Source: Nemertoderma westbladi
Taxonomy: Eukaryota; Animalia; Xenacoelomorpha
Reading direction: 5' to 3'
Assembly (NCBI GenBank): GCA_032718475.1
Contig: JAUCBJ010007625.1
Span: 1-47,964, forward strand
Length of the DNA stretch: 47,964 nucleotides
Below are positions 14,724-24,878 of this stretch, in pieces (position 1 is the stretch's first letter; each line of letters begins with the position of its first letter). The notes below the pieces were generated by a model that ran no database searches, had not been told where the DNA came from, and worked only from the letters and a program-made list of their open reading frames with translations. The position numbers and the translations under genes are program-made.

Positions 14724-14764
14724 ATATCCGTGTAATTGTGAGTTAATTGATTTTATTAACTTAC

Positions 14765-15003
14765 TGGTTTCATTTAGTCCAGAACCCGACATTGCTAACT
14801 CATTTTCCCATTGGTCGCATAGCGACCGCAATCGTCGCTCTTCTCGATTCACTAACTCCAAGAAATAGTTGCCATCCTTTATGATAACCGGCGTATTATC
14901 TTCGACTACCACACCGTGGTGATCATCCACATCCCATTGGCTGCTATTAGGGGGATTCGTGTCGTTCCATTGGGCGCTAGAAGGCTCCGTCGTTTGGAAA
15001 TTT
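14765..15003 (-). CDS. DLGAP: Internal exon encoding the start of a GKAP/DLGAP (SAPAP, vulcan, HURP family) domain
   Basis: Acceptor ttttattttag at 15004 and donor A|GTAAGT at 14764. Translation NFQTTEPSSAQW...IIKDGNYFLELVNREERRLRSLCDQWENELAMSGSGLNET resembles the remembered GKAP-domain start (RDGHWFLKLLQAE..RMEGWCQQME.E). Phase 2 in, phase 1 out. The rest of the domain would lie beyond the left edge of the window. Confidence 0.8.
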
Positions 15004-15142
15004 CTAAAATAAAATTTGCAAAAAATATATAGAAATGTTAAATATAATTTAAGATGAACATCATACCCATTGCAGATGGGGGGGGGGGGGGGGGATTTTT
15101 ACAACCTAGGGTGAAATTCACAAATACAGGTTTGGTTTTTTG

Positions 15143-15300
15143 CAGTGGAAATTGGACGCAAATAACAGATGATTACTCTCAAAATTAAAACTGTAACCTG
15201 TTCTATTGTGTTTAGTTTATTGTTTTGGTAAAAATAACGTGCCACTGTAACTGCTCCTTTCCCTAAATTGAGAATTGAACATTGAGGCGGGATATTAATT
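15143..15300 (+). repeat. Dispersed ~158-bp repeat, left member of an inverted pair
   Basis: CAGTGGAAATTGGACGCAAATAAC...GAGGCGGGATATTAATT is the reverse complement of 20825-20983. Partial direct copies lie near 20362-20410 and 20669-20731. Confidence 0.85.
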
Positions 15301-15642
15301 CGAGTTTTACGTCCTGTCTCCCCCCCACCCCCGTCTCACCCATTGAGTAAGGGAGTGTCAGTGTCATAGGGTGCAGTGGGAATAACCTCATTATTTTTAA
15401 TTCTTTCACTTATGGATTAAATCCAAACTGTCATCATAAACTGTGAATGAACTGCTTTTTTCGAAACCCGGTAAAAATATGGACCTGTACTGTACCAATG
15501 TCCTACTGCTCTGCATTTCAGACATGTGGGTGGGGTTGCTCTGTTCAGGTCAATTAATGGAACTTTAATTAGGTAAAAATTAAGGTAAAAATTTAATTAT
15601 ATAGAGGTATTTCAGTGTGCGGTTGAATTTCCTGGAAAAAAT

Positions 15643-15750
15643 CTGAAAGAGTTAGCCCGTGTTCTACTGCTAAGAGTTAGCTGAAAGAGTTAGCCGGTGT
15701 TCTACTGCTAAGAGTTAGCTGAAAGAGTTGGCCGGTGTTCTACTGCTAAG
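15643..15750. repeat. 38-bp tandem repeat, ~2.8 copies
   Basis: TGAAAGAGTTAGCCGGTGTTCTACTGCTAAGAGTTAGC repeated. Confidence 0.9.
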
Positions 15751-16264
15751 TCATAAATTATGATCAAGTAAATTTGTATAGAACTCGATATTATCAACGG
15801 GAGAGGATCCACTGGTAAGACAAAAGTTCTAAATGTAAGTCACATCTCATAAATCAAATGTTATAATATCCATGTGTAATAGTATCTATGTGTCCCTACT
15901 TGGATTTATGGCCCTCTGAAACATGCATGTCATTGATGCTCTGATTGGCAATTTATAGGTATAGCAGCAAGCGCATTCATTAATGTGAGATGCATTATGT
16001 TTTAAAAAGTAACTTAACAGTTGCCTAAACAATAAAAAATTGGGCAAATTAAATTGAAGATACAATTATTAAAATTAGAAATATTAAAATAAGGCATAGA
16101 TTGCTACAACTGTAGAAATCATGAGAAAAATAGCATTTTACTTTTTACCAGCAGAATATTAATAGCAATATGATGACAGAAATCGAGCAATCCGATATAT
16201 TATTAGGACCGGCCCACCAATATTAAGAGGCAACGTCAAATTGAAATTAGATTGAAAGGCTTAC

Positions 16265-17298
16265 CCTTCTTTCTTTTTATATGTATCAGGTAGGCCTAAT
16301 ACTTTAGAAGCATTAACTTCAATCTCCTTCGTCTCAGGTAATGCCTTAGAATCCACAACAACATTAGAGGTCGACTTGTTATTAACGTCTTCTTCAATCA
16401 CATCTAACACAACATCGATAGGTGTATCTTCTATGGGGTTCACTTCGTTTTCACTTTGGTCGCAGTTTTTACTAGCAGTATCACCGGTAGCGCTAGGCGT
16501 AGGAGTAAGAGTTTCTGGAAGACGCGGAACATTTAGTAGATGTTCGTTGGTATCAGCACGAGTGGTGGAAGACGACACGTTAATGGGACTGGCCTGGATA
16601 ACCATAGACTGCAGCAATTCGTGTATATCGTCAACGTTGTTATTGCACTGCAGGCATAGGTCTATCACAGGAACAGCGCTTGACACATTGATGCTATTGG
16701 CTTGGGTTGATGTAATGGAAGTCCTGCAGTAGCCAATGTGGTTGCAAAGACATTCTGAGTTGATTAACCTACATACGGGGCATGGTTGAGAAGGGGGTGG
16801 CTCCAGGGGGTAGGCGGGGTTACTAGGCGAGGGGGGCACAGGCAGTGTGAATGGAGTTTGTGGGGAGACCATCGAGCTAGGTCGGGAGGTCTGCACCCCA
16901 ACCTCGGCGAACTGTACGCCGGGCTCAGCGACACGGTCAACCGGAACATTAGTACCGGTACTATTAATGATCGCAGCGTCAGTTACACAGTCTTCTATCG
17001 CAGATAACAACGGGTCTGTATGAGTAGAAGGCACTTCTGGAACACTTTTTGGCGAATCAGTCTGCTGAATACCCTCCGATTGCATTACACGATGGTATCC
17101 ACAGTTACCGTTCGCTACACCATTCGTATTCGTCGGCACCAAAGACGTGCCTTTCCCGTGTGTGTACTTGAGTCTCACGTCAGCCCTTTTCTTGTAGGGT
17201 TTTTTGCACTTGGCGGCGTTACCATCGCCGGCCAAATGTACACCGTAAACGTACTGGCGTTTAAAGGTTTTGAAGTACAATGAGTTACAGCATCCCAT
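16265..17298 (-). CDS. Probable alternative first coding exon of the DLGAP-like gene (MGCCNS N-terminus, disordered, Cys-rich patch)
   Basis: Within the 370-codon ORF 16261..17373. ATG at 17298 gives MGCCNSLYFK. The exon ends GAA GG|GTAAGC (phase 2), and GG+A joins in frame to exon 15003-14765 (YKKKEG-NFQTT). Confidence 0.72.
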
Positions 17299-18980
17299 AA
17301 TGATCGAGTATAATAGGACCAACTCCAAAGTCCCAAGTAAAATCAAACAACAGAATAAGGTAACAAACAGCACAGGCTTATAAATGTCCTCGCCTCAACT
17401 TAGTTAAGCAAATACCAGAGTGTATATATCATCACTTTCACTATTGTATTGTGTATTGCAGTTTGTAAAGTACCATAAATGACAACACGTCGTTAACAAT
17501 ACAGCCAAATAGATATATGTATGCCAAGTATCAAAGTCTAAAAAAGTCACATATTTATGTTAAACCTTATTATTGGCTAAGTAAAATGGCAGAATTCAAA
17601 CAAAACTACCTGATTAAATAACGAGAGCTAAATATAGTATTTAAATACATTAATCCGATACACACGTCATGACTCATCCGTCTGAGGGGCTGTAACATGT
17701 TGCACGACAGTAATAACTGGCATATGTAGGGGACTGACGTAAAATGTTGGCAAAATACAGACAGACAATATTAATGTATTACACGGATATTATTTCCACC
17801 CCATAGAGAGAATTTAGAAGCGACAGCAAACATATGAAACGAAAAGAGAGAGAATCGAATAATAACCCTCTAACAACCGATTTACCGAAACGATGAATGA
17901 GTAGAGCATAAAGCAAGTGCTGCTATTGGAAAAGGAATTAGCTAGCAATGAGTCACCCACCACACTGCTGACTCTCATTCTGCCTGCCATTCTGTCTGCC
18001 TGCTAGCTGCAGGCAGGAATTATTAGATTCTATCTTGGAGCTCTCTGACTGGACTGACCAACCACTACTACTACAACTACACAGTGGCGGTATGGCCTGA
18101 TTACTAATCACGTTGGTATATATATAGCATATAGGGCTGGCACTGAAACACACACACACGCTCCTGCATTCCTTTTACACCAGGAAATTATGATAATGTC
18201 GCCAAAACTTTTGTAGAAATAGGGGGTTGACACACGGGGGCAGGTGTACGAACGTAGGGGTAGAATGTTTGGTAACCTCTGTTATTCATTACTTATGGGA
18301 AGTCCACACAATATGGTAAAACCGCCAAAGGGCCAAAAACTGATTGTATACTAGACCTAATTTAACTTTAGCTCAGAAACATTTCTTAGAAAAGCGGTTA
18401 ACTATTAAATTCGCAATAACATCACTGCTCGATATAGCATTGTACTTTATTACATGACTCATATACATTAACACATACAAAATGTATCAATTGTATCCAA
18501 CTCACCCTAAATTAATCTCTCATCCTCTTCCATCCATCACACTTAGTTAATACAATCAGACTGTTGTTTAAATGTCGGATTTGCTAAAATCATTAAAGCG
18601 TGATTGTATTGCATTGTCGATTAAATAATATTTAAACGGACAGTGAACTAGAAAGCCAGCAAACTGGCTTTAAACGAACCTGCCCCTCAAACCAGTACCA
18701 TGAGTGAGCGAAAATGAAAACACGATAATTGCCATCAACTCAACGATAGAAACATCAGTTGCTAGTACTCATGAGGGCCTAGTAAGCTACTACTATTTAT
18801 TGAATGGATAGGCCAAACCCAAACTGCACAGAAGTAGGCCTGTGTTACTTGCTAAATTTATTACTCTCTCTATCCCAGACAGTAATCAAACATCAACTGT
18901 TAGTTTGTATAATGTATTACCCCGCCAGCTGAATAGCTCTTCCCAGTGAATCCTATGGGAATATCTATAAGGTTACTCAC

Positions 18981-19137
18981 TGCTTCTCTATGTTCGGTGG
19001 GAGGCCAGCTGATTGAATTGTAAGCACGAGGCCGTTCAAATGTTTTATAGGTTGATGATAATGAATGAGGAGGGACCCAACTAACACTACGTTTGTCTAT
19101 GGACGGTCTCCTTATAGTAGTCAGCTTGCTGGCTTTT
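18981..19137 (-). CDS. Possible additional internal exon
   Basis: Open frame KASKLTTIRRPSIDKRSVSWVPPHSLSSTYKTFERPRAYNSISWPPTEHREA followed by a GTGAGT donor. The acceptor (caactag) is weak, and its phase-0 end does not join exon 15003 directly. Confidence 0.3.
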
Positions 19138-19620
19138 CTAGTTGAATCATATTATTCTGCAACCAATAATTTACTCTATAAGACGAATTAGTGCGTTTTT
19201 TTTTTGCCGGACTAACAAATTTTGGCAACGTTCTGTGCGAGATTGGCGATATTTGACAAGATTCTGAGGCTCAAATATGTTGCTCAAATGACTGAATAGC
19301 CCAAATAAAAAAGTTGGTGCATACACGACGAGTTGAAATCGGTGAAATTCGACATTAAATTTTCAAAACAGCTATTTTTCAGTGACCCCGTGATCGAAAC
19401 ACCACAAAAAATATACAGTCTTGTGCGCAACCAAAATTTATGTAGAGTTTGTTATTAAAATTTTTGCGTACCTGCTTGAGTTTTTGAGATATTGGATGGT
19501 TATACACACACACACACAACCACATCGTGTTTTTGAACGGCTCAACTGTTGACAAGAACTAACTTGGCCTATTAATAGGCAGGCTCGTTATAATTATATA
19601 AGGATAGTTCGGATAAGGAC

Positions 19621-20296
19621 AGTAGAATAAAGTAAGAAGTAGAATCAAGTAAGAAGTAGAATCAAGTAAGAAGTAGAATCAAGTAAGAAGTAGAATCAAG
19701 TAAGAAGTAGAATCAAGAAAGAAGTAGAATCAAGTAAGAAGTAGAATCAAGTAAGAAGTAGAATCAAGTAAGAAGTAGAATCAAGTAAGAAGTAGAATCA
19801 AGTAAGAAGTAGAATCAAGTAAGAAGTAGAATCAAGTAAGAAGTAGAATCAAGTAAGAAGTAGAATCAAGTAAGAAGTAGAATCAAGTAAGAAGTAGAAT
19901 CAAGTAAGAAGTAGAATCAAGTAAGAAGTAGAATCAAGTAAGAAGTAGAATCAAGTAAGAAGTAGAATCAAGAAAGAAGTAGAATCAAGAAAGAAGTAGA
20001 AGTAAGAAGTAGAATCAAGTAAGAAGTAGAATCAAGTAAGAAGTAGAATCAAGTAAGAAGTAGAATCAAGAAAGAAGTAGAATCAAGTAAGAAGTAGAAT
20101 CAAGTCAGAAGTTGAATCAAGTAAGAAGTAGAATCAAGAAAGAAGTAGAATCAAGTAAGAAGTAGAATCAAGTAAGAAGTAGAATCAAGTAAGAAGTAGA
20201 ATCAAGAAAGAAGTAGAATCAATAAGAAGTAGAATCAAGTAAGAAGTAGAATCAAGTCAGAAGTTGAATCAAGTAAGAAGTAGAATCAAGTAAGAA
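19621..20296. repeat. 17-bp purine-rich minisatellite, ~40 copies
   Basis: AGTAGAATCAAGTAAGA tandem units. Confidence 0.98.
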
Positions 20297-20824
20297 AATG
20301 TTATCAAAAATGGGTGCAAACGTTACGCCAAACACTGTCACTGCCGACAATGGCAAACATGAAACTGTAACCTGTTTTCATGGCTCTTGTTTATTGTTTT
20401 GGTTAGAATAATGATTCCTTCTCATTAATTGATAATTAGCATTAATTACCGTTAATCAACCATGGTTGCCGGAATTGGTTGTAGCAAATTATCCGCAGTC
20501 TGAATATGAATATATTTCTGCTCTCCCGTTATAAACTGATCAGGACCTACTTGTCTCCCAGCCAAAACACCATACCATACAGTAGTAGCATCACCGGTAA
20601 TAATAAAAATTCACCCTCTTCAGGGGAAATTCGACGAAAATAACAACTGATTATCCCAAAAAAAAAGATGTAACCTGTTCTATTTGTTTATTGTTTTGGT
20701 TAGAATAACGTGCCATTGAAAACTGCTCCTTTTGCTTGCATTATTTTAAACGACCGCTTTTTAAAAATCCTAATATTTGAGACGGGGGGGGGGGGGGTGA
20801 CTGGACGCAAATCCCATTTTGGCA

Positions 20825-20983
20825 AATTAATATCCCGCCTCAACGTTAAATTCTCAATTTAGGGAAAGGAGCAGGTTACAGTGGCACGATATTTTAACCA
20901 AAACAATAAACTAAACACAATAGAACAGGTTACAGTTTTATATTAGAGAGTAATCAGCTGTTATTTGCGTCCAATTTCCACTG
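20825..20983 (-). repeat. Dispersed ~158-bp repeat, right member of the inverted pair
   Basis: AATTAATATCCCGCCTCAA...TTTGCGTCCAATTTCCACTG, reverse complement of 15143-15300 with scattered differences. Confidence 0.85.
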
Positions 20984-21197
20984 GAGAGGGATGAATTTTT
21001 ATTGCGTCCAGTTTCCACCTCTATCTGTGAAAAATATCTGGAAAACGATCACCTTAGGATACTTGTTGGCCACATTAAACATAATTTTTAACAAAGCCAC
21101 ATGACATAATGTAATCTAAACTTTTACATATCTTTGTTAGTCACGGGACATTTTACTCACTCTACCTGTTTTCATGTTACCGGTGACTACGTCGACT

Positions 21198-21311
21198 ATG
21201 TCATTGATAAAAATCAAAAACAGTAATGGGCCGCCCAACGCAGAACCTTGTGGAACTCCAGCCAAGATCTTAACTCATGATGACTGCTGACCTTCCACTA
21301 CGACACATTGT
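21198..21311 (-). mobile_element. Short CR1/L2-like reverse-transcriptase fragment
   Basis: Minus strand translates QCVVVEGQQSS*VKILAGVPQGSALGGPLLFLIFINDI, which contains the GVPQGS-LGP-LFLIFIND RT motif. Confidence 0.75.
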
Positions 21312-21885
21312 AAATTATCTTTTAAATAATTATGGTTTCAAATAGTTTAAATACTATGCCTACCTCTATCCTTTGTATAAGGCATTGACAAGGGCGTTGT
21401 AGTGAGAAATCAATTGGTTGATGGTGACATTTGAAGCTAGACTGAAATTTGGAAATGTAATTTTTGACGTGAGCTAAGATCATTCTGTGGATATTTTTTA
21501 GGAGCGGCAAAACATAAAATATAACAATAAAACATAATAAAACACAAAACATAGCGCTATTTCCAGTTCTTCGGGTGAACCGCACTATGAAATACCAACT
21601 GAGAAAATTTGGAAAGGTGATTTATGATTACAGGCATCCCCGTTTAATAATTTTATTGGAAACCCCTCAGCAGCACAGGTACATAGCATCACCGACGGAG
21701 TCTTAAAGTTTTATGTCACAAATAATTTCATGAGTATGAAAGATAATATTGGTTAACAAAGGTTCTGGAGGGGCAATGGGGGGCATAATGAAGTTTGATT
21801 CATCTCATCGAATACTGCTCGATGGAAAAGTAGTTGAAGAGATCGGCATTCTCTTTAGTAGTGACAGCGACAATGTTATTATAAG

Positions 21886-23876
21886 CTATGGACTCATAGT
21901 GGACCCAGTGGTCCCAAGTCCCAGATAGACCATATCCTGTTTCGTAGGAAATACAGGAGCTCTATACAAGACTGTAATGCATTTACACTACGACCCTTCT
22001 CCAGTGATCACCGCCTTATTGTGGCCAAGGTAAGACTTAGTCTGCGTGCTAGCAGAACAACGAAATCTGCCTTGCCGCGGCATGACTGGTCCTCTCTGTT
22101 GCAACAGCCAAGTGTGAGATCCAGCTTCACACTACAGCTGAGCAACAGGTATGAGGTTCTTGCCTCTGAGGCGGCAGATCACTGTGAGGGCTATACTGCC
22201 TTCACAGAGGCAGTTAAGTTAGCAGCTGCAGAAACTGTTCCTGTATACCCTCGAAACAGGAAACGGGCCCCCTGGACTGACAACAAAATTCAGAAGTGAC
22301 GAAATGACCTCTACAAGGCGCAGAAAGAGTCCCGACTCAAACAGACTACAGCGGCCAAGAATGCAGTTAAGGCTGCATCTAGGTCCCTGAACACAGGCAG
22401 TACTCTGTTAATTTACAGGAGCTAATAAACCAACAGGTTGATGCCATCAATGATGCTGACGACAGCAGGCAATCATCCCAGGCATGGAGATCGATCAACT
22501 TGCTTGCTGGTCGAAAAAGCCAACCAACCACCAAGGTTAAGGCTGAATCACCAGCCGATCGCCTCAATGGTTGGAAGGCCCACTTTGAAAAGCTCCTCAA
22601 TAATGACAGGGTATTGCCTGATAACTTTATAGAAGTAAAAGTGTCTGAGTCTGTACTCCCAGATATTCCCATTGGTGATATCTCCTTTGCAGAAGTGAAG
22701 GCTGCTGCAAAGAGCATTAAGACCAATCGTGCCAGTGGAGTAGATGGTGTTCCCCCTGAGGTCTTTAAAATACCTGAGTGTTTAAAGCTCATATATCCCA
22801 TCATAGTAGACATGTACCGAACAACAAGTGTCCCACAAGAAATGAAAACAAATAAGTTGGTGCCAGTTCCCAAGAAGGGCAACCTAACACTCTATGGTTC
22901 TTTTCGGGGAATCTCATTGATCTCGATTGCTGCAAAGCTATACAATGGAATTCTATTAAATCGCATCAGGGATCCCATTGAGAGACTGCTCCGTGGAAAT
23001 CAGAACGGGTTCCGTAAAGGTCGTGGGACCATGGAGCCAATTTTGGCACTTAGAAGGATAATTGAAGAGTTATCAAAAAAGAAAGACAGGCATCTGGCTG
23101 TTATCTTTGTTGACTTCTTCAAGGCCTTTGATTCAGTCTCTCGCTCACGTATGTTCAGCATACTTTCATTATATGGGATTCCTGATGAAATTATTGCAGC
23201 AATCAGATCAGTATACGATGGTTCGACAACATTTGTGTCTACTGTTGACGGTGACACAGAACCATTTGAAGTGTTATGGGGGTCCTCCAGGGAGACACAC
23301 TTGCACCATTCTTGTTCATAATTGTGGTTGACTATGTTCTACGCATGTCCTTAGATCATCATAATGATGATGGGGTGATGATTTTGAAGTCACCGAGAAT
23401 TAATCGGAAACTTAAGGTCCGATTATTTAGAGCAGCAGTAGTTCCAGTACTCCTCTATGGGAGTCCATGACACCAAATCTCTGGATGGCACATTCACAAG
23501 AATGCTACGCCGGGTTCATTGTGTCAAGTACAATGCACACATCTCCAACCAGACACTATATAACATTGGAGGTGTCTCATTGGTTCCCCCAAGCTTGACA
23601 CTAGAACAAAATCGCCTCCGCTTTGCAGGACATTGCTTTCGCCGTGAGGACCAGCCAGTGCATAATCTTGTACTTTGGCAGCCTCATGGAGTGAATAAGC
23701 ATGGTGAACAGCCCATGACTTTCTTGAGACGCATCTTAAAGGACACTGGCCTTGAAGATGCGGATGATCTAGCAAATGTCATGGGTGATAGGGAGTTGTG
23801 GCGGTGCAATTTTGTCGATAAGCCGGCACAGCATTCTTAAAAATGCAGGTGCAATGCAGCATGCCGATCCTAGTAG
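21886..23876 (+). mobile_element. 5'-truncated, internally deleted RTE-clade non-LTR retrotransposon
   Basis: Begins in the APE C-terminus (WTHSGPSGPKSQIDHIL...SDHRLI). RT motifs: ASGVDG, FRGISL, QNGFRKGRGT, FVDFFKAFDSV, GVLQGDTLAPFLF. The YADD region is missing and there are stops and frameshifts. (TAG)n tail; 30-bp direct repeat TAGTAGTGACAGCGACAATGTTATTATAAG at 21856-21885 and 23877-23906. Confidence 0.95.
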
Positions 23877-24594
23877 TAGTAGTGACAGCGACAATGTTAT
23901 TATAAGATACTGAGGGAATCTCTTGTTCCGGTACTTTCTCCAACAGCTGTTTACAGATCGACCACAATTGTTTACGGCATTCTAGAAGGTACATGTTTCA
24001 GACTAGGCGGAAACTGGTCCAGGAGTTGAAATTGAAATGGGGGGGGGGGGGGGGGGGGGGGTTGTTCACCCCCAGTCTTTTTTCATCCGATTTTTTAATG
24101 TGTTTTCCGATGTAAAATTTTATGGTGATCAGGGCTCCACAAAATGGGAAAACCCTGACTAGGTTTCCGGTAGATTCTGAAAAATTCCAAAAGATTTTAG
24201 AGATTTTTCACTCCATTAAAACCTGAGATGAAATGGAAAGAGAATGTACCAGAAGTGCCAAGGACGTACGTACAGTTTAAACCCTCAAAAGTAGATCGAA
24301 TTTGCAAAGTCAAACAATATTCTCCAAATTTCTGAATTTCAGATCAATATCTTAGGGCCTGTCAATTAAATATGCTTTGTAATATCATTTATTTCCACAC
24401 AAAAACTTCGGATTTTCAGCTCGATCTGATTCTCTTGTTTTTATAAAAATGCTTCGGAATGGAATATCATTTATTTCGAGTTAGGAGTTAACAAATCTAT
24501 TATTATTTAGATTATTTTATTTTAAGTCAGAAAGTCTATGTATCTATTTAGAATAATTCAAATTGATATAAATTAATAAGATAAGAATTAAAAT

Positions 24595-24878
24595 CATAGT
24601 CAACCACAATAATGAACAAGAATGGTGCAAGTGTGTCTCCTTGGAGGACGCCCCATAACACTTCAAATGGTTCTGTGTCACCGTCAACAGTAGACACAAA
24701 TGTTGTCGAACCATCGTATACTGATCTGATTGCTGCAATAATTTCATCTGGAATCCCATATAATGAAAGTATGCTGAACATACGTGAGCGCGAGACTGAA
24801 TCAAAGGCCTTGAAGAAGTGAACAAAGATAACAGCCAGATGCCTGTCTTTCTTTTTTGATAACTCTTCAATTACCCTT
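24595..24878 (-). mobile_element. Inverted ~280-bp fragment of the same RTE family
   Basis: Near-identical reverse complement of ~23055-23335. It retains the intact WGVLQGD frame that is frameshifted in the long copy. Confidence 0.93.

Noticed and set aside
557-14746. Many plus-strand ORFs encoding TERENKGCKTTDRCNIVWSLLYTTVAVG repeats
   Set aside because: An 84-bp unit with one stop-free frame yields long ORFs automatically. Frequent 2-bp insertions and a TAG-bearing variant spread freely, and most starts are TTG, so there is no sign of coding selection.
17299-17373. Hydrophobic signal-peptide-like extension MLFVTLFCCLILLG...
   Set aside because: The ORF-track start is GTG, not ATG. T-rich 5' UTR sequence gives hydrophobic translations by chance; the first ATG is at 17298.
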